64,000 nucleotides of DNA from a virus: the IMG/VR virus record IMGVR_UViG_3300048687_000113, positions 45,244 to 109,243 of that record; one strand, 5' to 3'. Shown piece after piece: positions 1 to 8,058 of this stretch. How positions within the stretch are numbered: the first letter of the stretch is position 1; each line of letters starts with the position of its first letter. A program made the translations under genes and the position numbers. A model generated the notes under the pieces. That model was not told the origin of the DNA. It saw only the letters and a list, made by a program, of their open reading frames with translations, and did no database searches.

Positions 1-2038
1 CACGATGGGACGGGAAACTGGCAACCAAGACCGTAGAGGCTTAAATGAGGCTCTCTCCCCTGTGCGAGCAAGAGAGGGCTTTAGCCACGGTCACGCGTGG
101 CGAGGAAATGAAACGCCACGTGTGCCAGGAATACCGGGATAGGACCGGCGTCACACCCGCTAGACGCACGGGTGCCATAGGGCACGGCGAGGGAATTCCC
201 CTCGCTCTGATCACCCCCCTTTCGCGCCCCCCGCCCGCCGGATTGGCGAGCTGCGGTGGGGACAGACACGTTTCTACGGCATCACGAGGGTGTTGTGATG
301 CCCTATTTTGTAATCACTCAACTGCGTTCCGTGGTAACACCAGGTCAGAGGTGGCGCCAGAGGGCTAAAGAATCTTGAAAATAGGGGGGACATCTCAGCA
401 TGCGGACGATCAAGCTGTCGCGATTGCCCGGGTGAATCTGGACAAGCTACGCGTTGTCGCCTAGTTCCTTACGAATACCCCTGTGTCCGTATTCAGGAGG
501 GCAAAATTTCATGATCGCTCCCCATGGGGCGTCAAGCCCCTAGAGGTGCCGAAAACAGCCCCTGACCTGCGAAAACACAATTTTTCCGCGATCATGGAAA
601 ACGGCCGTTCGGAGGGGCCGCCCGCGCCGACGTGGGTACCAAAACGGCACAACCGGGACAAAAAAATCCCGCGCCCCTGTACGCCTCCCTACGGCGCTCC
701 CCTCCCTTGGGGGCCCGACGGTCCGACCGTGGCGTTTCAGGCCGGTACAGGGCCGCTGACAGGGGCTCTTGCCACTGCCCGCGCGCCGACGGGGGGTGCG
801 TAAGGGGGCGCCCGTGGCTCTGTATGCCTCTGTCGTGGCCTAACTCGGCGTCGGGGTCCCCTTGCCTCCCCACGGGGTCCGACGCGTCAGGACGGCGCTC
901 AGCGACTCGCGCCTACCTGTGGGTAAGGAATTGCCCGCTTGTGATTTAAGCGGAGGTCGGCATCCGTTTAATTCACAAGGGGGCAGGATCTTTCCGTGGG
1001 GTAAGGTGACGGCGCCTCATATGGATTACCTGAATCCATATTCAAAAACTGACGGCGCGTCATGAGGACTGGCACGCTCCACATGACAGGGCGTCAGGAA
1101 ATACGGGCTAATCCGACACGCCCCGGAAAATGCACGGGCGCGAAAATTCGGGGGTTCTCATGCGGTGTGCCCCCACTTGCGGCAGTACGACAGGGTATGA
1201 GGTAGAGGATCACGACACGCCCGCGCTTGCCCGGCTATGAGGTAGCAACTCCCCTATGCCGGTGAAATGGCTAATGCCAGGGGTGCGGCTTAGGTCCGCA
1301 TACGTGCATTTTAGGCAGTACCTCACACTCGCCCCGTTACCTGTTGATACGTGCAGACATGAGGCGGATAGGCATTATGCCGGTATTTGCAATGCAAAGC
1401 GGAGCGCAGGTTCCGCTAGCATTGCGGTACGCGCTGGTAACGTCACGATGCGCTCAACATTACGCAAGGTAGCTGGAACTACCGTGCGTAACATGGGGCA
1501 TAGGGCATGTTACCGGGAGTACGGGGCGCATGGGTGCCTTTCGGGGCAGACCCGGGGGTACGTGATTTCCAGCCCTATAAGCCTCACGAGTGCCGCAACC
1601 CCTCGAAACCGGACAAATAGGTGACGAATCCCTGCAAACCCGGACCCCCCACCATTAAACGCCCAAAATGGACAATTGGGTGCCTGGGCCTCCACACGCT
1701 TCTCAGCGGTAGGCCGGCGGGCAGTGTCCTCGCTGCCGGCAGTGGCCGGACGCCAATATTCCGTTTTATTGCGGGTGGCCGAGGGCTCAGGGAACCGCCC
1801 GGGGCCCTCGGCCCGGATTCGGACCCACCAGGTGCCGAACTCCAGGCCACGAAGGTATCAAACGGCATACAGGGGCTGTCTGTTGCTCGTCCCGCGAATT
1901 GGGTGCGGGGCCGCCGGAGTCTCAACGTCACGCGATGGTCTGCCGTAAGGGTCACCCCTCGTGGACGCCCACCAGACGCGCGCCAGAGCAGCGGACGCGG
2001 CCCCGCAGGACGAGGATAGCGATCGGCCTGCGGAGCTT

Positions 2039-2365
2039 CTACGGCGCCGGCAGCACATCCGTTTCGACGTTCTCGACGAGCCGCACGATGTCGGCCGGCC
2101 GGATCGGGCGTTTCTCGCCAGTGGCTTCCCAGCGAGTGCGCGGGCCGTGGAGGACCAGGAGCGGGGACATCTCCTCGCCGTCGTCGTACACCGGGAACTC
2201 CCGCTTGCGCACATCGCCCAGGGCAAGTGACAGGGCGTATGCCGTGATGGTGGACAGCGGGAGGCCGTTCGGTCCTCTTACGGGCTCGTGCCGCCGACCG
2301 GCCCACCGGCAGATGGCGTCGGCTTCGGCCTGCGTGACGCGCTTAAGTGTGAGATCCGGGCTCAT
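2039..2365 (-). CDS. hypothetical protein
   Basis: 108-aa ORF, ATG preceded by GAGG, protein-like composition. Confidence 0.6.
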   Translation of the reverse strand: MSPDLTLKRVTQAEADAICRWAGRRHEPVRGPNGLPLSTITAYALSLALGDVRKREFPVYDDGEEMSPLLVLHGPRTRWEATGEKRPIRPADIVRLVENVETDVLPAP

Positions 2366-2563
2366 GCCTCAACGGTAGGCCGGAGAGGCGCCGTTCAAGT
2401 GCGGTTCGTTCGACCCCAGCTCGACCGCAGAAAGGCCGGCGACCCTCGACGGGGGTGGCAAGGGCCGCCGGTGTGTGAGGGCCGGCCGCCCAGCCCCGAA
2501 GGGCCCCCACGAGCAGCCGACAGCTCCGACGGTACAGCGTCACGAGTGGGTCAGGATGGCCGT

Positions 2564-2836
2564 ATGAACTCAGAACCCGGCCCCAAGCCCGAGGGCCTGC
2601 TGCTCTCCCCGAGCGACGCCGCCATGCTCGCCTGGTTCGTTATCGACGACGTCGAGCGGCTCACGATCGAGGAGGCCGCCGGCAAGCTGGGCGTGAGCCC
2701 TGAGACGGCTCGGGTGATCATTTCCAGGGCAAAATCGAAGCTGCGCCGCTACGCGGGCACGCACTGGCCGCTCCCGGCGGGTGACCCCACAGAGGTGGTC
2801 GGGGATTTCTCGACCGATGCGGGGCCTACGCCTTAA
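2564..2836 (+). CDS. small sigma70 region-4-like HTH DNA-binding protein
   Basis: LTIEEAAGKLGVSPETARVIISRAKSKLR matches the sigma r4 HTH pattern. CAGGAT -10-like box 6 nt before the ATG suggests a leaderless mRNA. Confidence 0.75.
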   Translation: MNSEPGPKPEGLLLSPSDAAMLAWFVIDDVERLTIEEAAGKLGVSPETARVIISRAKSKLRRYAGTHWPLPAGDPTEVVGDFSTDAGPTP

Positions 2837-3021
2837 GCCTTCTTGTTCTTCGCCCTGGCGGCCTCAAGCTTGGCGGCGCAGACGTTGCACAGCGGGCTGG
2901 ACGGCCGGCCGGCGGCTCCGTACTTCGGCGCCATGTTTTCGCACCGGGCGCTCGCGCAGGGGCCGGCGCCCTCGCTGGGGCGGACATAGAGGACGACCGG
3001 GTCGGGGGCAGGGGTGCTCAA
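2833..3021 (-). CDS. small Cys-rich (putative Zn-finger) protein
   Basis: CASARC...CNVC motifs; TTG start; converges on the HTH gene. Confidence 0.55.
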   Translation of the reverse strand: MSTPAPDPVVLYVRPSEGAGPCASARCENMAPKYGAAGRPSSPLCNVCAAKLEAARAKNKKA

Positions 3022-3135
3022 GGCGGTGCTTCCTGTTCAGTTCGGGATTCAACAGGAAGGGTACGTCGGCCGGCGCCTTAGCCGGCGAAGCCCAGCTCGG
3101 TGTCCGTGCCGCGAGCAGCGCCCACGCCGACCAGC

Positions 3136-3305
3136 AGCTCCAAGAAAGCACCGAGGAGCTACAGCCGGCGTGGGCCTCCACACAGCTCCAAGAAAGCAGC
3201 GAGGAGCTGCTGCCGGTGGTGACCGCCATGGGTAGCTCCAGGTTCCAGTCAAGGAGCTAGCGGTCCCGCCGACGGAACCTCCAAGGATCAGCCGAGGAGG
3301 TTCCG
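3136..3305. repeat. array of four CTCC-N13-GGAG hairpin/palindrome units
   Basis: Units start at 3136, 3184, 3234 and 3277. All have a 13-nt interior. Compensatory change AGCTCC/GGAGCT to ACCTCC/GGAGGT. Confidence 0.85.
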
Positions 3306-3314
3306 CTGGGGAGG

Positions 3315-3701
3315 TTAGCGCGTGCCCTCTGCTGCGGGCAGGGCCGGTGTCTGGGCGACGCGGCCCTTGCGGACGCGGCGGCGGTGCCGGCGCTCGGCTC
3401 GACGGTTTTCCTTCGGGTTCCATCCGAGAGGGTGGTGCCACGGCTTGCGGACGTTCACGCACTCGTCCGGGGCGTAGTAGCGCGGGTCGTCGGGCCGGGT
3501 GCGGGGACGTCGTGTGAGGCAGAGGCGGCAGGCGCTGAGGTTCTGGTCGTCGAGGTGGGTGCGGGCCCTGTCGAAGAAGTGGGCCAGGATCTCCGCGTCC
3601 CGCTGGGCCTGCTGTTCGGGGGTGAGCGGGGGGTGGGCGGCTCGGTATGCCTCGCCCCAGCGGGTGAGTAACTCGCCGACGGTGATGGTGTGTTGGCTCA
3701 T
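3315..3701 (-). CDS. hypothetical basic protein, probably leaderless
   Basis: MSQHTITVGELL... with a CxxC motif; TACATT -10 box 6 nt upstream of the ATG. Confidence 0.65.
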   Translation of the reverse strand: MSQHTITVGELLTRWGEAYRAAHPPLTPEQQAQRDAEILAHFFDRARTHLDDQNLSACRLCLTRRPRTRPDDPRYYAPDECVNVRKPWHHPLGWNPKENRRAERRHRRRVRKGRVAQTPALPAAEGTR

Positions 3702-3705
3702 GGCG

Positions 3706-3745
3706 GCAATGTAGTGCGCACGCAGTTGCGTACGCACTACATTGC
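3706..3745. promoter_or_regulatory. 40-bp near-perfect palindromic operator/promoter containing TGCGYACGCA-GT-TGCGTACGCA
   Basis: gcaatgtagtgcgcacgca-gt-tgcgtacgcactacattgc (1 mismatch); GTGCGY-N18-TACATT on both strands. Confidence 0.8.
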
Positions 3746-3768
3746 GTTGAAGTTGGCCTGTTGCGGGT

Positions 3769-4095
3769 TCAGGCGGAGCGTTGGGAGCTGGCGCGGAGCT
3801 GGGCGACGACCAGCTCGTGGGCGGCTTCGGCCTCGATGACGGTGCAGGGGTGATGGCCGGCCCACTCGTCTCGCCAGCGGTTGTTGCGGCAGACGCCGGT
3901 GTGGAACATGCTGCCGGCGCCTACCACGCCGGAGTCGATTCCTTCCCACATGGTGCGCACGAGGAGGTCGTCGACTTCGGTCTCGGCCACCAGGCGGTAC
4001 TCGATGTCGGCGAAGAGAACGGCCCACTCCATCACGGCCAGGGGCCGGCCCTCCTTGTCACGGTGGCAGATTCGGTCGGTGGTCTGCTCGTGCAC
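3769..4095 (-). CDS. hypothetical actinophage protein (paralog of 6964-7404)
   Basis: GTG start with AGGAGGAG RBS; shares GRP...LxADIExR...VRT...H motif pattern with the 6964 protein. Confidence 0.75.
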   Translation of the reverse strand: MHEQTTDRICHRDKEGRPLAVMEWAVLFADIEYRLVAETEVDDLLVRTMWEGIDSGVVGAGSMFHTGVCRNNRWRDEWAGHHPCTVIEAEAAHELVVAQLRASSQRSA

Positions 4096-4180
4096 TGCTC
4101 CTCCTGGCTGGGATTTTGCGTCGCGTCGCCTGCCGGGGCGCAGGCTCCGCCGGCCCCATGTTGGGTGAAGTGCCTGCCCG

Positions 4181-4203
4181 TTGTCAGTCGTGCGTGCCAT
4201 AGT
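4181..4203 (+). promoter_or_regulatory. RecA-NDp-type (LexA-independent, DNA-damage) promoter
   Basis: TTGTCAGTC-N8-CATAGT resembles the actinobacterial tTGTCRgtg-N8-TAnnnT consensus; 24 nt before the first repeat. Confidence 0.6.
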
Positions 4204-4227
4204 GGTTGAGCCGTCGGGAAGTTGGGC

Positions 4228-4611
4228 GGTCTCCCCGCGCGAGCGGGGGTGTACCGGTTGAAAGGCACGGCCGCGCTGTTGCCTGGATACTTTCCCCGCC
4301 GACGCGGGGGTGGTCCTTCTTTGTGTTTGATTGCAGGTAGGGATCTTGATTTGACCCCGCGCATGCGGGGATGGCTCGATTTCTAAGGGCATAGCACGAT
4401 GTTCCCCGCGCAAGCGGGGATGGCCCCGCAGTTGAGAGAGCCAGTACTTGCTCCCCGCACACGCGGGGATGGTCCTGTAGTCAAGAGGGCTGGTATTTGC
4501 TCCCCGCGCACGCGGGGATGCTCCGCTTCGGCGGAGGTGGATCGAAACGGCATCTCGTGAGAGGTCCCTGAAGATCTCAGAAAACCGCTCCGCACACGCG
4601 GAGGTACGCGG
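4228..4611 (+). CRISPR. Cas-less degenerate type I-E-like CRISPR mini-array (6 clear repeats plus 2 GGAG-type repeats)
   Basis: 29-nt repeats at 4228, 4289, 4350, 4399, 4448 and 4497 with CCCCGC-N4-GCGGGG stem; spacers 32, 32, 20, 20, 20 nt; CTCCGC-N4-GCGGAG repeats at 4516 (overlapping) and 4583. Confidence 0.88.
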
Positions 4612-4705
4612 AAGGCTCGTCTCCTGGGGAGGCGGGCCTTTCGTCTTGCCTGGGATGTCGGGGGTGTTGGGGATGCGCGGTTTGGCATATGCCAACTCGT
4701 GACTG

Positions 4706-4727
4706 TGCGTACGCAGTTGCGTGCGCA
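4706..4727. promoter_or_regulatory. TGCGTACGCA-GT-TGCGTGCGCA operator, copy 2
   Basis: Same tandem palindrome as at 3715-3736 and 12339-12360. Confidence 0.75.
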
Positions 4728-4848
4728 GCCACTACCTTCGTGATACGCGCCACATCGGCCCGGGGAGCGGTCCCGGCCAACGGGTGCGCGGCGCGGGGAC
4801 GGTCTGCCGGAGTGCGGGCAGGTCGTGACGTTCGGCAGGAGGTTCCCG

Positions 4849-5274
4849 ATGGGTTCGGTAGACCAGCTCCACAGGATGCTCGGTGAGGTCAACCGGTTGG
4901 AGGGTTACGACCCGAGAGCGCCGAAGCTGCCGGCGGTGCCTGCGCACTGCCGCCGGCACGGGACACCCTACTCGCCGCAGGACACCATCAACGGGCTGTT
5001 GTGCTGCGCCTCGTGCCTGGCGGAGTCGGATCTGAAGCGGTACGAGGAGTCGAAGCATGAGCGAGACGGTGATGAGCTGGGAGGCGGCGCGGAGGCTGCT
5101 GAAGCGGGACCCGGAGGCGGTGGTGTCGAGCCTGTCGTGGGCGCAGCCGGGCAAATGCATTTTCAGAGCCAAGGCGTTCGTGGTGGTGCCGGCGGCGGCG
5201 ATCACCAAGGAGGAGCCGGTGGGCGCGATGCCGATCAGCGAGCAGGAGAGCATTCCGGCGCTGTGGTTCCGTGA
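4849..5274 (+). CDS. hypothetical protein, Cys/His-rich N-terminal part
   Basis: ATG with CAGGAGG RBS; CRRH...CCASC. The 3' half overlaps the next gene, so the C-terminal extent is doubtful. Confidence 0.5.
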   Translation: MGSVDQLHRMLGEVNRLEGYDPRAPKLPAVPAHCRRHGTPYSPQDTINGLLCCASCLAESDLKRYEESKHERDGDELGGGAEAAEAGPGGGGVEPVVGAAGQMHFQSQGVRGGAGGGDHQGGAGGRDADQRAGEHSGAVVP

Positions 5275-5365
5275 CCAGGCGGGGCGGGTGGGCCCGTATG
5301 CCGGTTCGGCGTTCGGGGATGAGCGTGATGACTGGGTGGTGGGGCCGTCGGTCGGCGATTCCTGA
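5057..5365 (+). CDS. DUF2829 / Tad2-like anti-defence (nucleotide sponge) protein
   Basis: MSWEAARRLLK..VVSSLSW..PGKCI and PALWFRDQAGRVGPYAGS...DDWVV follow the DUF2829 pattern (FxxAxxxLKxG..V.R..W; PY....G...PW..S..D.LA.DW); GAGGAG RBS. Confidence 0.65.
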   Translation: MSETVMSWEAARRLLKRDPEAVVSSLSWAQPGKCIFRAKAFVVVPAAAITKEEPVGAMPISEQESIPALWFRDQAGRVGPYAGSAFGDERDDWVVGPSVGDS

Positions 5366-5397
5366 CGCGGTGCGGGCCGCAGCCTCTTTTGTGCTGG

Positions 5398-5448
5398 CCC
5401 CGCAGGTGTGTCGTCCTCCCCCGGCCGGCACGCCTGCGGGGTCTTTTT
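5398..5448 (+). terminator. intrinsic terminator
   Basis: cccgcaggtgtg...cacgcctgcggg stem followed by tcttttt. Confidence 0.7.
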
Positions 5449-5503
5449 GTGTCTTTTTTCGCGGTGGGACGATTGCGGTCAAATGCCTTGTAAGGAGACC
5501 GGT

Positions 5504-6397
5504 ATGGCCGTGACGAGTTCCGCGACGTTGTCCGCTGGTGAAGTGCCGGCCGAGGTTTCGGTGGAGGTTGTTTCCGATACGAGCGTTCGGGTCTCCTGGA
5601 CGAGTGCGGAGGACCCGCTGGGCTTTGTCGTGGCGTGGTCGGTCGCCGGCGCGGAAGCCTGGACGGAGCGGCAGGTGTCGGGGGGCGCGCGGAGCCTGGT
5701 GGCGACGGGGCTGCGGCCGGGGACGGGGTACGTGTTCCGGGTGCAGTCCGAGTCGGTCTGGAGTACGGAGGCCGGCGCGGAGACGACGGGCTCGACGCTC
5801 GGGGCGCCCACGCTGCTCGTGGGCGACATCCTGGACCGCAACGCGAGTGTGAGTGTGCTGTCCCCATTCCTGGTGAGCCAGGCGCGTGTCGTCGAGGCGC
5901 AGGTGCGGGACACCCGGACGGACAGTCCCTGGTATTCCGTCTCGGATGTGCCGTGGAATCTGGCGGCGGTGGGTCTGTATGAGACGGGGTTCGGGCTGAA
6001 GGGGCTGTCGACGGGAACCACGTATGCGGTGCGGGCCCGGGTCACGGCCGGCGAGGTGGTGTCGGAGTGGTCGCCGGAGACGCGGTTCACGACGACTGGG
6101 ACCAGGAGTGGGAAGCCGAGCCTGTCGGTGGTGGCGGACTCGGCGACGTACAGCTCGGTGAAGCTGACGTGGGGGACGTCGCTGAAGGCGACGGTGCGGA
6201 TTCACCGGTGGGTCAGGTCGACGTCGCCGGGCTCTCCGTTCCTGTCGCAGCAGGTCGGGTATTCCACGGACCTGGCGGGGACATTCACGGACTCGGGTCT
6301 GTCCCAGGGGACGGACTATTGGTACACGGTCGAGTGGGTGCGGGATTCGCGGACGATCAGTGTTTCGAATCCTGTTGCTGTACGAACGCGGGGCTAG
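5504..6397 (+). CDS. fibronectin type III repeat protein (about 3 domains)
   Basis: SVRVSW...GLRPGTGYVFRV, GLSTGTTYAVRAR, SVKLTW...SGLSQGTDYWYTV; AAGGAG RBS. Confidence 0.85.
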   Translation: MAVTSSATLSAGEVPAEVSVEVVSDTSVRVSWTSAEDPLGFVVAWSVAGAEAWTERQVSGGARSLVATGLRPGTGYVFRVQSESVWSTEAGAETTGSTLGAPTLLVGDILDRNASVSVLSPFLVSQARVVEAQVRDTRTDSPWYSVSDVPWNLAAVGLYETGFGLKGLSTGTTYAVRARVTAGEVVSEWSPETRFTTTGTRSGKPSLSVVADSATYSSVKLTWGTSLKATVRIHRWVRSTSPGSPFLSQQVGYSTDLAGTFTDSGLSQGTDYWYTVEWVRDSRTISVSNPVAVRTRG

Positions 6398-6963
6398 GGG
6401 AGGCTGGTTCGGGGCGGGTGCCGCACTGTTATTCAGGTGATGGGGATAACGGACGCGAAGCGCCTGGACTTTCACCTCGCGGATAAGGCATGTGCCCGCG
6501 TAGAAACTGTGCTGTATTCGTGAAGAAATACGGCAGACGACAGTTGCCGGTGATACCTGGTGGGGCGTATGAGTGTTCGCCAGCAATCACGAACCCAGGC
6601 CATACCCCTTACCGGGGGTGACCGTACTGCCGAGTAGTCTCGCTATTCGGGACACCATCTCCGGCATTTCGGATGCATTCACCGAGCGGCATATGCCGAG
6701 CACGCATCCACCCGGAGCACAAGGCCGCCGTCACTCATTCGAGTGACAGGCCAACAATTTTTCAATTCCGCCGTGACTGACCCCGGGGCGTGTGGGTTGA
6801 TAGTTCTGCGGTGGACACGGCGGGCCCCCGAGCCTCTTCCATTTGCTCTCGGGGGCTTGCTGTCCGCCAAGGCCGGTCCGGCACAGAGGCCGCGCAGCAA
6901 ACCCCCCCTGCCTGCGCCTGCCTCTGTGCCGGGCCCTTCCGTTTTGAAGGGAGAGAAACTGTC

Positions 6964-7404
6964 GTGTCAGTTAGCGAGTTGGTCTCCGCCCCTACGGGTC
7001 CTTCACGGCTTTCTTTCGCATTCGGCCTGGACGGCAGGCCGGCTTCACGCCACGAAGCCGCTCATCTGCTCGCCGATATCGAGCACAGGACCCTGCATAA
7101 GACGGACCTCAGGCTGGCGACGGGCGATTGGGTCACCGTCCGCACGGTCTGCCTGGTCTTCGACCCGGACTTGCAGGCCGGCGAGCTGGTCTCTGCCGAT
7201 TACCGGCCGCGTGTGTGGGGCACCGCCCTCTACACGCCGGCCCCGGAGAATGCGCTTCTGGAGGTGCTGTGCGGCTACGACGACGCGGACCAGGCCGTCG
7301 AGGAACACAAGCAGGCCCTGGCGATGGTCGCGGTGGGAGCCAACAGCCCTGGCAGGGAACCGAATTGGGCTGCTGGGCTGTCGTGGACGGGGCCGGGCCA
7401 GTGA
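6964..7404 (+). CDS. hypothetical actinophage protein (paralog of 3769-4095)
   Basis: GTG start after GGGAGAG; LDGRP..LLADIEHR..VRTV..EEH. Confidence 0.75.
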   Translation: MSVSELVSAPTGPSRLSFAFGLDGRPASRHEAAHLLADIEHRTLHKTDLRLATGDWVTVRTVCLVFDPDLQAGELVSADYRPRVWGTALYTPAPENALLEVLCGYDDADQAVEEHKQALAMVAVGANSPGREPNWAAGLSWTGPGQ

Positions 7405-7667
7405 CGCTGCCCACGCTGTTCGTGCCGCATGTGCCGGACGGCGACCAGGGCCTGGTCCTGCGAGTCAACGGTGTTGCGCCGGAACCGTGCGGGCGTCGCT
7501 GGTACGTCCTGACGATGGAGGGCGTCGCCTACCGCTTGCCCCGGGCGCTGTGGCCGTGGGCCATGGAGCTGGACGCGCAGATGCGCCGGCGCGAGCGGCG
7601 GATGCCGGCCTCGTTTGCTTTCCGCCGTACTGGCGAGACGCTCTCCGCCGAGTCGATCTCGGCGTGA
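7401..7667 (+). CDS. hypothetical protein (RLPRxxxPWAxE family)
   Basis: GTGA translational coupling; YRLPRALWPWAMELD. Confidence 0.7.
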   Translation: MTLPTLFVPHVPDGDQGLVLRVNGVAPEPCGRRWYVLTMEGVAYRLPRALWPWAMELDAQMRRRERRMPASFAFRRTGETLSAESISA

Positions 7668-7683
7668 GACGAGAGGAGATGGG

Positions 7684-8016
7684 ATGCAGACGCCTTTCAC
7701 CGGCGCCAACCTTCAACGGCTGCTCGCCGAGGTGCGCGCCGCGCGGGAGTTCCGCATCGACGAGGGCTACACGCGCCGACGAACGGAGCTGAAGGCGGTG
7801 TGGGCCGACGAGGCGACCGGCCTGGTGTGGATCGAGGCACACAACGGCACCTGGCGCCTGCCACGGGAGTTCCTGCCGTGGGCCCTGGAGGTCGACAGAC
7901 GCGCGTATGCGGTCCTCGGGCACGGCGAGGTGTTCCCGTGCGGTGCGGTTTTCGAGCGAATACACAATGGCTCTTGGGAAGTGGAGATTTTCCCCGATGT
8001 ACTCGCTGTTCGATGA
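7684..8016 (+). CDS. hypothetical protein (RLPRxxxPWAxE family)
   Basis: GAGGAG RBS; WRLPREFLPWALEVD. Confidence 0.7.
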   Translation: MQTPFTGANLQRLLAEVRAAREFRIDEGYTRRRTELKAVWADEATGLVWIEAHNGTWRLPREFLPWALEVDRRAYAVLGHGEVFPCGAVFERIHNGSWEVEIFPDVLAVR

Positions 8017-8020
8017 CGCA

Positions 8021-8058
8021 AGAATGCCGCACTCCAGGCACCCGGAGTGCGGCATTCT
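8021..8058. terminator. bidirectional terminator hairpin
   Basis: AGAATGCCGCACTCC / GGAGTGCGGCATTCT between convergent genes. Confidence 0.75.

Noticed and set aside
2864-3229. ORF with repeated SSS.LSWSC
   Set aside because: The repeats are explained by palindromic hairpins, and units 3-4 conserve pairing rather than peptide.
4257-4496. Self-targeting of spacers within the window
   Set aside because: Only short chance matches seen by eye (e.g. AGAGGGCT near 73 and 359); needs a proper search.
4096-4695. N-terminal extension of ORF 3769..4695 and other ORFs across the array
   Set aside because: They are translations of CRISPR repeats; the real start is GTG 4095 with a strong RBS.
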